Notes: generated from the letters alone by a model not told the origin. A stretch of DNA of 64,000 nucleotides from an uncultured Gammaproteobacteria bacterium (GCA_965231125.1 OZ246414.1:512137-576136); one strand, 5' to 3'; positions 52,442 to 61,310 are shown, counted from the first letter of the stretch. Made by a program: numbers and translations.

Positions 52442-53688
52442 TGATTTCCGGCTTAGATAAGGCTCCAACCGCCCCGGGAGTTTATGTTCTTAAAAATAGC
52501 GAGAATGAAATTTTATACGTCGGCAAGGCGGTAAATTTAAAAAATAGATTAAAAAATTATGCAGCAAAGTCGCTAGACCCCCGTATAAACCAACTCATAG
52601 ATCAAGTAGACACGTTCGACACGTATGAGGTTACGTCGGAAATTGAGGCTCTAATACTTGAAGCAAATTTAATAAAAAAATACAAACCTGCCTTTAACGT
52701 TCAACTTAAAGACGACAAAGACTACCTTTACATCATTCTAACTGACGGCAAATTTCCCAAGGTTTTACCAGCCAGAAAAAAAAGATTACCGGAAGCTAAA
52801 ATTTATTTTGGACCGTACCCCTCTGCCAGCTCCGTGAGATCAACGTTAAGGACACTGCGTAAAATTTTTCCTTATAGCAACTGTGAGCCAAACCAAGGCA
52901 AAGCTTGTCTTTATTATCATCTTGGTCTTTGCCCTGGTGTTTGTATTGGGGCGATTAGCGAAGAAGCCTACAAAAAAAATATTAGAAGCATAGTTTTATT
53001 CCTAGAGGGAAAGAAACAAATAGTGCTAACTACTTTAAAAAAGGAAATGGACACTCTCTCCGCTCAACTAAAGTTTGAGGAAGCCGCCCAAGTGCATGAC
53101 CGGCTAAAGAGTTTAGTGTATATCATTCAAAAAATAGGTGACATTGATAAGTTCGCGGAAGACCCACAATTTATCCTCTCTTATAGGAAAGAAGAGCTTA
53201 AAGATTTACAGAAAGTTTTGAATCTTAAGGGACTGCCGAGAAGAATTGAGGGTTATGATATTTCAAATATTCAGGGCGAATACGCTGTCGGATCCATGGT
53301 GGTTTTCACAAATGCGGTTTCTGATAAAGCGCAATACCGCCGTTTCAAAATAAAAACCGTTAAAGGTATATCTGACACGGCGATGATGAAAGAAGTCCTG
53401 TGGCGGCGTTTTAACAATAGTTGGCCAGCCCCAGATTTGATCTTAGTGGACGGTGGTAAAGGGCAGTTGAGCGCGGCTTTACAGGCCTTAAGCGAGGCAA
53501 AACTCAGTTTACCAGCGGCGGGTTTGGCCAAAAGATTTGAGTGGATCTACGTACCTGCCCAACCGACACCAATTAAGCTGCCGCAAGGCTCAAAAGCACT
53601 TCATTTAATTCAGCGCTTGCGGGACGAAGCCCATCGGTTTGCTATTACCTACCACCGGAAACTGCGGGAAAGAAGCGTTTTGACGTAG
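52441..53688 (+). CDS. uvrC: Excinuclease ABC subunit C (short form, no C-terminal HhH)
   Basis: GIY-YIG PGVY..ILYVGKA, RIEGYDISN, LVDGGKGQ, RDEAHRFA. Confidence 0.95.
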   Translation: MISGLDKAPTAPGVYVLKNSENEILYVGKAVNLKNRLKNYAAKSLDPRINQLIDQVDTFDTYEVTSEIEALILEANLIKKYKPAFNVQLKDDKDYLYIILTDGKFPKVLPARKKRLPEAKIYFGPYPSASSVRSTLRTLRKIFPYSNCEPNQGKACLYYHLGLCPGVCIGAISEEAYKKNIRSIVLFLEGKKQIVLTTLKKEMDTLSAQLKFEEAAQVHDRLKSLVYIIQKIGDIDKFAEDPQFILSYRKEELKDLQKVLNLKGLPRRIEGYDISNIQGEYAVGSMVVFTNAVSDKAQYRRFKIKTVKGISDTAMMKEVLWRRFNNSWPAPDLILVDGGKGQLSAALQALSEAKLSLPAAGLAKRFEWIYVPAQPTPIKLPQGSKALHLIQRLRDEAHRFAITYHRKLRERSVLT

Positions 53689-53709
53689 AAACCGAAGAAT
53701 GCTAATCTG

Positions 53710-54114
53710 ATGGTAGTGAAAAAACTTGCCAAATCTGCAGTCGTGTCCTTTGCTTCGTTTCTAATCGTTGCCTATTACTATCCAGGATTTAGGTTTGAAA
53801 GGCCCCAAGTACTGGTTGTCTCCGCTGCCTTTTTCGCCGTTCTTACCTTGATAGTAAAACCAATCTTAAAAATATTTTCCCTGCCTCTAAATTTGTTTAC
53901 CTTCGGGCTTTTTAGTTTTTTTAGCGGGGCAATTGTTATTTATCTTGATACTGTGCTGGTGCAGGGTTTTGCCGTGGTTGGTTACGCCTTTCAAGGCTTC
54001 CAAATTAGCGGTTTTACATTACCAGCCGCCGAGCTTACGCCAATTTTCTCCGCTGTGGTCGCTTCCGTTTTAATTAGTTGGCTAAACACCGCTCTTCGCT
54101 GGCTATTTCACTAA
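53710..54114 (+). CDS. YvlD/phage holin family membrane protein
   Basis: VKPILKIFSLPLNLFTFGLF signature; start may be GTG 53716. Confidence 0.88.
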   Translation: MVVKKLAKSAVVSFASFLIVAYYYPGFRFERPQVLVVSAAFFAVLTLIVKPILKIFSLPLNLFTFGLFSFFSGAIVIYLDTVLVQGFAVVGYAFQGFQISGFTLPAAELTPIFSAVVASVLISWLNTALRWLFH

Positions 54115-54142
54115 TTTACACTTTGTGGTAAAATCTTTTCCC

Positions 54143-54361
54143 GTGATACGAAATGTTTTGCTTGTTTTAACAATTGTGGACGCTATCGCTTTAGCTAGCG
54201 TAATCTTGTTTCAAAGAAAAGGTGCTGGTGTTGGCTCTGTTTTTGGTGGTGGTTCTGAATCTTACCGAAGCTTGCGGGGTGCTGAAAAATTCCTTCACTA
54301 CGCAACCATAGTTTTAGCCTTTTTATTCGCTGCTTTATCCTTCACATTGCTGGTTATCTAG
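54143..54361 (+). CDS. secG: Preprotein translocase subunit SecG
   Basis: ILFQRKGAGVGSVFGG...RGAEKFL; GTG 8 nt after TAAAAT. Confidence 0.92.
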   Translation: MIRNVLLVLTIVDAIALASVILFQRKGAGVGSVFGGGSESYRSLRGAEKFLHYATIVLAFLFAALSFTLLVI

Positions 54362-54364
54362 TCA

Positions 54365-56032
54365 ATGATTAAGAATCTAAGATTCTATTACCGTCTCATC
54401 GCGCTTCTAATTACTAAGAAATTTCGTCAAATAATAATTTGGGCAGGAGTTGCTTTGCTTGCGGTACTTGTGCTTAAACTTTTAATCTTTAGATTCTTAC
54501 CTGGATTTATTAACAAAATTTCATATCAAGTTGCCAGGCCACATTACTACGAAGGTATTGTCGGAACTATTAAGACTCTAAATCCAGTGTACGAGAAAAC
54601 CCAGGCCGAAAAGGAAGTTGATTCTTTAATATTCAGAGGACTGACAAAATTGGATGCAGACGGAAACGTAACTGCCGATCTTGCTCAAAGCTTTACACGC
54701 ACATCAAAAACTTCCTACGTATTTAACCTACGAAAGGACCAATATTGGCAGGATGGGCAAAAAATAACCGCCGCTGATGTAATTTATACAATTGGACTGA
54801 CGCAGAGAGGCTCGCCAGAATCACCTTACGCCGAGAACTTTAAAGATGTGCGGGTAAAAAAAATCGATGACTACACTGTCGAGTTTGATTTAAAGGAGCC
54901 TTTTGCGCCCTTTATTTTTAACACGACTTTAGGAATAATGCCTAAACATATACCCTTGTCTCATTATCGACCAGTCGGAAGCGGCGATTTTAGAGTGACT
55001 AAAGAAGTAGCCAATTTATTTACTTTAGAGTCTTCCTACGCAGTTTTTACCTTTAAAACCTATAAAACAGAGAGTGATGCAATTTTGGCTCTGAAGATGG
55101 GGGAGATCGATGCCTTAGGGGGCCTGAGTTTTTTTGACCTAAGGGGTTTGCAGTCTTGGCCTAACTTAAATATTTACGCTGCCGACTTGCGCGGTAGACA
55201 AGTAGTTCTTTTTTTCAATACGAAGAAGGACTTTTTGAAGAATAAGGACTTTAGGCAAGATTTGAGTGGAGTTACTCCACGAAAATTTGTCGCTAAGGTC
55301 CTACCCGAGTATAAGTTCAAATTTAGTGAAAATTCACTACCGCTTGGAAGCTCGGCAAAAACAAAATTTAAAAACCCCTTTACTTACAACCCTAAAAAGG
55401 CGAGGGCCGATTTCAAAACGTTAGGTTGGTCAAAGAAGGACGGTTTCCTGGAAAAAAACGGAAAAAAACTTTCGCTTAACCTGACTGCGGGTGACGATCC
55501 AGAGCTTGCCCAAGTTGCTAAGACGATCGCAAGTTCCTGGAAAGCTTTAGGTATCAACGTTCAAATACTAACCAAAAGCCAGATGGATCTTAAAGACAGT
55601 GTAATCCCCGATAGAGATTTTGAGGCTTTATTGACAGTTCAGGAGCTGAGCCTCGATCCAGATCAGTACAGTCTTTGGCACAGCTCACAAACAAACGGCT
55701 CAAATATTACAGGTCTTTCAGATCCGGCAATAGATAAAACTTTGGAAGATGGCCGGAGAACTTTCGGTACAAAGGAGAGAAAAGCAAAATACGAAATTTT
55801 TAATCGACTTTTGGCTGACGAGGCGCCAGCAGTTTTTCTCTATTATCCAAAATATTTTTGGATTGTGAATAAGAGAATCCAAGGGATAAATTTGACAAGT
55901 TTGATTGATACAGCGGATAGATTTAGAAACATTAAGGATTGGAAAATTCGACCCCAAGGATTTTCTAAGTTAGTGGCGTCTTTGTCCTTAGTCATCTACC
56001 ACCACCGCTGGAAGCTTCTTAATACAGATTAG
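54365..56032 (+). CDS. Family 5 ABC transporter substrate-binding protein
   Basis: EGIVG...LNP, LIFRGL, WQDG..ITAADV.YT, DPDQYSLWHSSQ. Confidence 0.92.
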   Translation: MIKNLRFYYRLIALLITKKFRQIIIWAGVALLAVLVLKLLIFRFLPGFINKISYQVARPHYYEGIVGTIKTLNPVYEKTQAEKEVDSLIFRGLTKLDADGNVTADLAQSFTRTSKTSYVFNLRKDQYWQDGQKITAADVIYTIGLTQRGSPESPYAENFKDVRVKKIDDYTVEFDLKEPFAPFIFNTTLGIMPKHIPLSHYRPVGSGDFRVTKEVANLFTLESSYAVFTFKTYKTESDAILALKMGEIDALGGLSFFDLRGLQSWPNLNIYAADLRGRQVVLFFNTKKDFLKNKDFRQDLSGVTPRKFVAKVLPEYKFKFSENSLPLGSSAKTKFKNPFTYNPKKARADFKTLGWSKKDGFLEKNGKKLSLNLTAGDDPELAQVAKTIASSWKALGINVQILTKSQMDLKDSVIPDRDFEALLTVQELSLDPDQYSLWHSSQTNGSNITGLSDPAIDKTLEDGRRTFGTKERKAKYEIFNRLLADEAPAVFLYYPKYFWIVNKRIQGINLTSLIDTADRFRNIKDWKIRPQGFSKLVASLSLVIYHHRWKLLNTD

Positions 56033-56040
56033 AAAATAAG

Positions 56041-56100
56041 ACTGACGCCCATAGCCTGACGGCAGGCGGGCGACGTTTTCTCGCCCCGACCTTCGGCTCG
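56041..56100. repeat. Intergenic palindromic (REP-like) cluster
   Basis: GCCTG-ACGG-CAGGC, GGGCGA...TCGCCC and CCGACCTTCGG hairpins; CTGACGCCC shared with the uvrB insertion. Confidence 0.55.
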
Positions 56101-56102
56101 AA

Positions 56103-56143
56103 AATAAAAGAAGAGCCCCAAGTCTGTTTCCAGAAAGGGGCTC
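56103..56143 (-). terminator. Terminator of orphan gene 56162-56569
   Basis: GAGCCCC...GGGGCTC then TTCTTTTATTTT on minus strand. Confidence 0.75.
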
Positions 56144-56161
56144 GTGTATTTGGTTTTTTCG

Positions 56162-56569
56162 TTATACGTTAGGTAACTCCGGCAGGTCTCCAATGAGAAT
56201 GTTATTGGTACGATAGTCCAACCACCATTGCTTTCCCTTTTGGGATTCGCAAGTGCCATCCGGGCCAACCCAATTCAAAACCATAATTGCGTCCCGAAAA
56301 TGCTTCATGTGAATCCAGTGGCGGACTTGTTCGTTAAGGACTTTTCTGAACTCTGGACCTAACATCCTTGCCCACTCAACCAGTATCTCCCATAGATCCA
56401 GGGGGTTTAGGTTGTCGAAATAATACTGGTGACTTAAAGCAGCTGAAACGGCTTTATATGGAGCGTCCAAGAAACTCAATATCCATTTTGGGGTTTCCCA
56501 AGTGCTACCGGCTTCCTCCGCACGTTTCTTAGCCTCTTCTATCTCTCGCTCGATCGCTTGCTTATCCAT
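56162..56569 (-). CDS. Orphan hypothetical protein
   Basis: GGAGGT SD, own TTGACT-17-TATAAT promoter (56615-56643) and terminator. Confidence 0.75.
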   Translation of the reverse strand: MDKQAIEREIEEAKKRAEEAGSTWETPKWILSFLDAPYKAVSAALSHQYYFDNLNPLDLWEILVEWARMLGPEFRKVLNEQVRHWIHMKHFRDAIMVLNWVGPDGTCESQKGKQWWLDYRTNNILIGDLPELPNV

Positions 56570-56712
56570 CTCCACCTCCCTAAGGAATATTGATCTGTCT
56601 TCGGTTTTGTGGGGATTATATCAGAAATATATTTGAGAGTCAAGACTATGGGGCTTGCGGGGAGCAAAAAGAAGCTTAGTCAGACTTACCAAAAAGTTGC
56701 GTTTTGCATTTG

Positions 56713-56737
56713 CACTTATATTAATGTACTATAAGTG
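56713..56737. promoter_or_regulatory. Palindromic operator-like site upstream of HTH triplet
   Basis: CACTTATA-N9-TATAAGTG. Confidence 0.55.
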
Positions 56738-56800
56738 AAACTGAAATCGGTGTTCAGCTAGGAGAGACAAAATAATCAAAGGAAAGAAAGGGGAACAACC

Positions 56801-57034
56801 TTGGAAGAGCAGTCTTCTATTTTTGACGATTGGTTTGATCTTATAGAAGCGGCTAAAGAGCTGACTATTCACCCACAATCATTGCGGAGGTTGATTAAGG
56901 AAAAGAAAATCGGGGCAACACTCTTTGCCGGTAAGTACTTAATCAATAAAGAGACGCTGTCTCGATTCAAGGCGACCTACGATCCAAGGCCGGGTCGAAA
57001 GCCTCTTAGAAGAGTAGGGGGAAGCGGTGGCTAA
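56801..57034 (+). CDS. Excisionase/MerR-like HTH protein (HTH_17)
   Basis: L.EAAKEL.IHPQSLRRLIK..KI.A...GKYLI. Confidence 0.85.
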   Translation: MEEQSSIFDDWFDLIEAAKELTIHPQSLRRLIKEKKIGATLFAGKYLINKETLSRFKATYDPRPGRKPLRRVGGSGG

Positions 57035-57269
57035 AAACAACTCTGACAAACTGCCGCCAGAGTTTGATGACTGGTTGGGTCTTGCTGAAGTCGCTCGGGA
57101 GCTAAAGATTCACCCAATAACAGCGAGAAGGCTAATTAAGGGGGGTAAGATTCCGGGTGCGGTTCTTTTTGCGGGCAAGTACCTAATTCACCGGAACACC
57201 TTAACCGAGTTCAAGGAAAAAGGTTATAACCCAAAACCCGGGCACAAACCGACTAGGAGGTTGTTATGA
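57027..57269 (+). CDS. Excisionase/MerR-like HTH protein, paralog of previous gene
   Basis: Shares FDDW, IHP..RRLIK, LFAGKYLI, P.PG.KP.RR. Confidence 0.85.
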   Translation: MAKNNSDKLPPEFDDWLGLAEVARELKIHPITARRLIKGGKIPGAVLFAGKYLIHRNTLTEFKEKGYNPKPGHKPTRRLL

Positions 57270-57541
57270 CCCATTCGATTATTGAAGTCATCGCCCCGCC
57301 TGGCTACCTGCGCACTTTTGAAGTTGCAAATCGTTTTGGTGTAACCTCAGGTACAGTATGCCGGTGGGTTAGGGATCAGAGGCTTCGAGGTAGGATCTTT
57401 CATGGTGTATACCTAGTCGAGGAAACCTCGTTCAAGGAATTTCTCAACAAAGGTTACACCAAACGTGGTAGACGAAAACCGTGGAGTTGGGTGGAAAACG
57501 CGCTCAAAGAAATTTTTCCAGAAGGGCTTGACTTTTTATAG
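57266..57541 (+). CDS. Excisionase/MerR-like HTH protein
   Basis: YLRTFEVA..FGV...TVCRWVR; AGGAGG SD. Confidence 0.8.
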   Translation: MTHSIIEVIAPPGYLRTFEVANRFGVTSGTVCRWVRDQRLRGRIFHGVYLVEETSFKEFLNKGYTKRGRRKPWSWVENALKEIFPEGLDFL

Positions 57542-57553
57542 GTCGAGCCCTTT
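57522..57553 (+). terminator. Terminator after HTH triplet
   Basis: AAGGGCTTGAC / GTCGAGCCCTT hairpin followed by T-rich tail. Confidence 0.7.
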
Positions 57554-57655
57554 AATTTATTTGGAATTTTAATGACACCTCATCGAAATACAAATTTAGT
57601 TGGTTACTTTGAAATTTAGGTTCACTTTTGGTATAATCACTTTGAACATCAATGT

Positions 57656-57731
57656 GCCCCAGTAGCTCAGCGGATAGAGCAGGACGGTTCTAACGTCAAG
57701 GTCGGGGGTTCGAATCCCTCCTGGGGTACCA
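57656..57731 (+). tRNA. tRNA-Arg (TCT)
   Basis: Cloverleaf, anticodon loop GTTCTAA, GGTTCGAATCC, CCA end. Confidence 0.93.
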
Positions 57732-57737
57732 TTTTGT

Positions 57738-57813
57738 GGGCCAGTAGCTCAATTGGCAGAGCAATTGCCTCTTAAGCAATCGGTTGAAGGTTCGAGTCCT
57801 TCCTGGCTCACCA
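57738..57813 (+). tRNA. tRNA-Lys (CTT)
   Basis: ATTGC-CTCTTAA-GCAAT, GGTTCGAGTCC, CCA end. Confidence 0.97.
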
Positions 57814-58261
57814 AGAATTTGTATTTCTTGGCAAAAAAAGACACCTATTTCAAGGTCGCATTAGTTTTATTCAAACAATAAACTAATGGCTTTAGCCTCC
57901 TATTTTAAACATCTTTGTTCCACAAACTGGGCAAGTACCTTTCAAGGCTTTTCTACCATTTTTCATGGTAACTTGCTCAGGATTTGTAACTTCTCTTTTC
58001 TGTTTACACTTTACACAATATGCTTCTGACATATTTTTACTAGCACCTCCTTCCAAATTTAGTTTTTTGTTACTTATTCTATTATCTTCAATCTTTGTTC
58101 CTGTGTCAAACCTAAGTTATATTGTAAGTACCCAGTCACCTCAAAGTCAAATACGCTACTTCCTTGTAAACTAATTCGGGATACTGTATTTTTTTAAACT
58201 GAATCGACAAAATTAGATACAAATTCATTCGAATAACGTACTCTCTGGCTCACCAAGAATT
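57803..58261. mobile_element. Mini-islet at tRNA-Lys 3' end bounded by a 17-bp direct repeat
   Basis: CTGGCTCACCAAGAATT at 57803-57819 and 58245-58261. Confidence 0.65.
57892..58032 (-). CDS. DUF5679-type small zinc-ribbon protein (46 aa, not in ORF track)
   Basis: MSEAYCVKCK...MKNGR.A.KGTCPVCGTKMFKIGG; GGAGGTG SD; TTGACA-17-GATAAT promoter. Confidence 0.9.
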   Translation of the reverse strand: MSEAYCVKCKQKREVTNPEQVTMKNGRKALKGTCPVCGTKMFKIGG

Positions 58262-58284
58262 ACTCCATGGTATAATTCCTCTCA

Positions 58285-58821
58285 ATGAAAAAACATTTCC
58301 GAAACATTGTTATTTGTGGGGATATTGGTACTGGTACCACCACGCTTGGTAAAGGTTTAGCCGTCAAACTTGGTTGGAAATTTTTATCTATCGGGGATAT
58401 TTTCCGATCCTACCACAAAGAACATAATATTCCTCTTTGGGACAAGGCGGCCATACCAGAGGCGCTTGAAAGGGAAGTAGACGCAAGCTTCATGGATAGA
58501 GTGACCAACGAAAAACACATCATTTTTGATGGGCACTACCTAGCCTGGCTAGCCCGGAATTTAGACGATGTTTACCGTATCCTTTTAATTTGTGATAAAG
58601 AAGTGGCAACGAAGAGAATTTTGAAACGCCAGCACACTCATAAAGAAACTTTAAAGGAAATTGAAGAAAGAAGAAAGCAACTTCGGGAGAAATTTAAAAA
58701 AATTTATTCAAAAGCAAATTACGAAAACCCGAAGCTTTTCCACCTTGTTCTCAATACAACCGATTCGACCCCCGAAGAAACTTTGAAAGCAGTGTTAGCT
58801 GCATTTAAAAAGAGTTGGTAG
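58285..58821 (+). CDS. Cytidylate kinase-like P-loop kinase (short, archaeal-type)
   Basis: GDIGTGTTT, S.GDIFR, RE.F...Y, HLVLNT. Confidence 0.8.
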   Translation: MKKHFRNIVICGDIGTGTTTLGKGLAVKLGWKFLSIGDIFRSYHKEHNIPLWDKAAIPEALEREVDASFMDRVTNEKHIIFDGHYLAWLARNLDDVYRILLICDKEVATKRILKRQHTHKETLKEIEERRKQLREKFKKIYSKANYENPKLFHLVLNTTDSTPEETLKAVLAAFKKSW

Positions 58822-58850
58822 AGGTTGCACGCTACCAACTCTTCTCGAAG

Positions 58851-58997
58851 TTAAAAGTACAAAGTAAGTCCAGTAAAGAGAGCAGTGGCGACGCATATCA
58901 AAAACAGTACCCAAAATGCAACCGCCCAAGCGTTACCAGAGTTACATTCGTCCCAATCCCTATAAATATCAGGGCCTACGTCGTCAAGAAATGCCAT
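58851..58997 (-). CDS. Small single-TM protein (48 aa, not in ORF track)
   Basis: MAFLDDVGPDIYRDWDECNSGNAWAVAFWVLFLICVATALFTGLTLYF; AGGAGGTG SD. Confidence 0.7.
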   Translation of the reverse strand: MAFLDDVGPDIYRDWDECNSGNAWAVAFWVLFLICVATALFTGLTLYF

Positions 58998-59124
58998 CTC
59001 TCACCTCCTAGTTTTGGATCCTTAGAAAAACGGAACCCGGACCGTTGGTGTCTTTTTAGATAATGAAGACAGTTGCAAACCGACGAGTTTGCAACGGGCG
59101 TAGTTATCGCAAGGATACTGCCTA

Positions 59125-59294
59125 TCACTTCAAAAAAGGAACGAGTAGCAGCGCGACTATATTAATCACTTTTATCATCGGGTTTATTGGATTTTCGAGA
59201 TCTTCGAACTACCGTTCTCTGGCTCGAAAAGTCCTGCGTTCGAGCAATAACTAACGTTATTGTTCTCGAACTATGCAGGCCCAGCAGTGTCCTT
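59125..59294 (-). pseudogene. Displaced, interrupted copy of hppA 3' end
   Basis: KDTAGPA (59274-59294) + 86-nt double hairpin + [20 protein letters not shown] (59125-59187). Confidence 0.85.
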
Positions 59295-59330
59295 TAGTAC
59301 CGATTTTATCGGGACGCAAAGACACAGCAA

Positions 59331-61310
59331 TTATCTTAAGAATGGTACGAGTAAAAGTGCTACTATATTTATCACCTTAATCATAGGGTTTATTGCCGGA
59401 CCAGCTGTGTCTTTATACGGATCTCCAACCGTGTCTCCGGTAACAGCCGCCTTGTGGGCTTCGGAGCCTTTTCCACCAAGATTACCTTCTTCGATATATT
59501 TTTTAGCATTATCCCACGCAGCTCCACCCGTAGTCATTGAGATTGCAACGAAAAGTCCAGTGACGATTGTACCGACTAGAAGACCACCCAGGGCCTCTGG
59601 TCCAAGCAGTTTGCCGACGAGTATGGGGGCAACTATGGGTATAAGAGCCGGAATTATCATTTCTCTTTGAGCAGCGGCCGTTACAATTGCCACCGCGCGA
59701 GCGTAATCTGGTTTTGTCTTACCTTCCATGATTCCTTTCATTTCCCTAAATTGACGTCGAACTTCGTTCACCACTGCCCCGGCTGCTTTACCCACCGCTT
59801 CCATTGCCAGAGCACCAAAAAGATAAGGAAGGGCCCCACCAATAAACAATCCCACAATCACTTTTGGATCGTCCAGTTTAAAAGCAATGTTTTTACCAAG
59901 GCTGTTAAGTTCTTGGGAATAGGCGGAAAAAAGCACCAAAGCGGCCAGAGCCGCACTAGCAATAGCGTAGCCTTTGGTTACTGCTTTGGTGGTGTTACCA
60001 ACTGCGTCTAGAGCGTCAGTTATCTTTCGAACTTTATCTGGTAGATTGCTCATCTCGGCAATTCCACCGGCATTGTCGGTAATGGGCCCAAAGGCGTCAA
60101 TGGCCACGATAATTCCCGTCATCGAAAGCATACTCATGGCGGCAATTGCGATTCCGTATAAGCCGGCAATGTTAAAAGCGACAAGAATCGCCCCCGCAAT
60201 TAGAATGATGGGGGCAAAAGTCGCTTTCATGGAGACAGAAAGACCGGCGATTATATTTGTAGCGTGGCCAGTTTCCGAGGCCAGCGCAATATTTTTCACC
60301 GAAGAAAACTGTTTCGAAGTATAAAATTCGGTAATAACTACCATTCCAATAGTTACAACTAAACCAATTAAGCTGGTCCAAAAAAGTTTGGTGTCGGCAG
60401 GGAAAAAATTCTTGGTTACAAAGTAAAAACCTACAGCGGCTAAGACGCCAGAAACAATCAAGCCTAAGTATAGAGCTCCCATTATACTTTTCCCGATTAG
60501 TCTAACAAAAAAAGTACCAATTACCGAGCCGACAATCGAAACCGCACCCAAAGCAAGCGGGAAGATAACCGCATTACTATTTCCTGGAAAGATTAAACTT
60601 CCCAGAAGCATCGCTGCAATTGCGGTAACTGCGTAAGTTTCGAAAAGATCGGCGGCCATACCAGCATCGTCACCAACATTATCCCCAACATTGTCAGCAA
60701 TAACTGCTGGGTTTCGGGGATCATCTTCCGGTATCCCAACTTCGATCTTGCCGACCAAATCGGCGCCAACATCGGCCCCTTTTGTGAAAATCCCCCCGCC
60801 AAGACGAGCGAAAACCGAAATAAGACTGCCACCAAATCCAAGACCAACTAAAGCTTTTATATCGCCAGTTAGGTAGTAAAATCCAGAAACCGAAAGTAGG
60901 GCCAAACCAACCACAAAGAGACCGGTTACGGCCCCTCCCTTAAAGGCGATATTTAGAGCCTGAGAAAGCCCACTTTTGGCAGCTTCAGCAGTGCGGACAT
61001 TTGCCCTAACGGCAACGTTCATTCCGATATAACCTGCTAGGGCTGAGGCGGCTGCTCCAACGCCAAAACCGACTGCCGTGGTCCCCTGACCAAGTAGAAG
61101 CCAAATTAAAAGAAAGATTATGGCTCCCACAACGGCGACAACCGAGTATTGTCGAGCCAAGTATGAAGAGGCCCCTTCTTGAATTGCGGCAGCAATCTCC
61201 AGCATTTTGCTTTCGCCCTTAGGCGCTCGTAGAACAACACCAATTAAGGCTGTTGCGTAGACAATAGCCAAAGCGCCACTGCCCATTATCCAGTAAAGTG
61301 TCTGGTTCAT
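59331..61310 (-). CDS. hppA: Membrane-bound H+-translocating pyrophosphatase, K+-independent type
   Basis: [34 protein letters not shown] (Lys marks K+-independence), [10 protein letters not shown]; start MNQTL at 61310. Confidence 0.96.
   Translation of the reverse strand: MNQTLYWIMGSGALAIVYATALIGVVLRAPKGESKMLEIAAAIQEGASSYLARQYSVVAVVGAIIFLLIWLLLGQGTTAVGFGVGAAASALAGYIGMNVAVRANVRTAEAAKSGLSQALNIAFKGGAVTGLFVVGLALLSVSGFYYLTGDIKALVGLGFGGSLISVFARLGGGIFTKGADVGADLVGKIEVGIPEDDPRNPAVIADNVGDNVGDDAGMAADLFETYAVTAIAAMLLGSLIFPGNSNAVIFPLALGAVSIVGSVIGTFFVRLIGKSIMGALYLGLIVSGVLAAVGFYFVTKNFFPADTKLFWTSLIGLVVTIGMVVITEFYTSKQFSSVKNIALASETGHATNIIAGLSVSMKATFAPIILIAGAILVAFNIAGLYGIAIAAMSMLSMTGIIVAIDAFGPITDNAGGIAEMSNLPDKVRKITDALDAVGNTTKAVTKGYAIASAALAALVLFSAYSQELNSLGKNIAFKLDDPKVIVGLFIGGALPYLFGALAMEAVGKAAGAVVNEVRRQFREMKGIMEGKTKPDYARAVAIVTAAAQREMIIPALIPIVAPILVGKLLGPEALGGLLVGTIVTGLFVAISMTTGGAAWDNAKKYIEEGNLGGKGSEAHKAAVTGDTVGDPYKDTAGPAINPMIKVINIVALLLVPFLR

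Noticed and set aside
53710-54114. Holin as evidence of a prophage
   Set aside because: YvlD-type membrane proteins are ordinary chromosomal genes, here in uvrC-secG context with no phage genes adjacent
58815-59670. Plus-strand ORFs 58815-59063, 59063-59254 and 59260-59670 with repeated peptide text
   Set aside because: Antisense shadows of hppA and its duplicated tail, not separate genes
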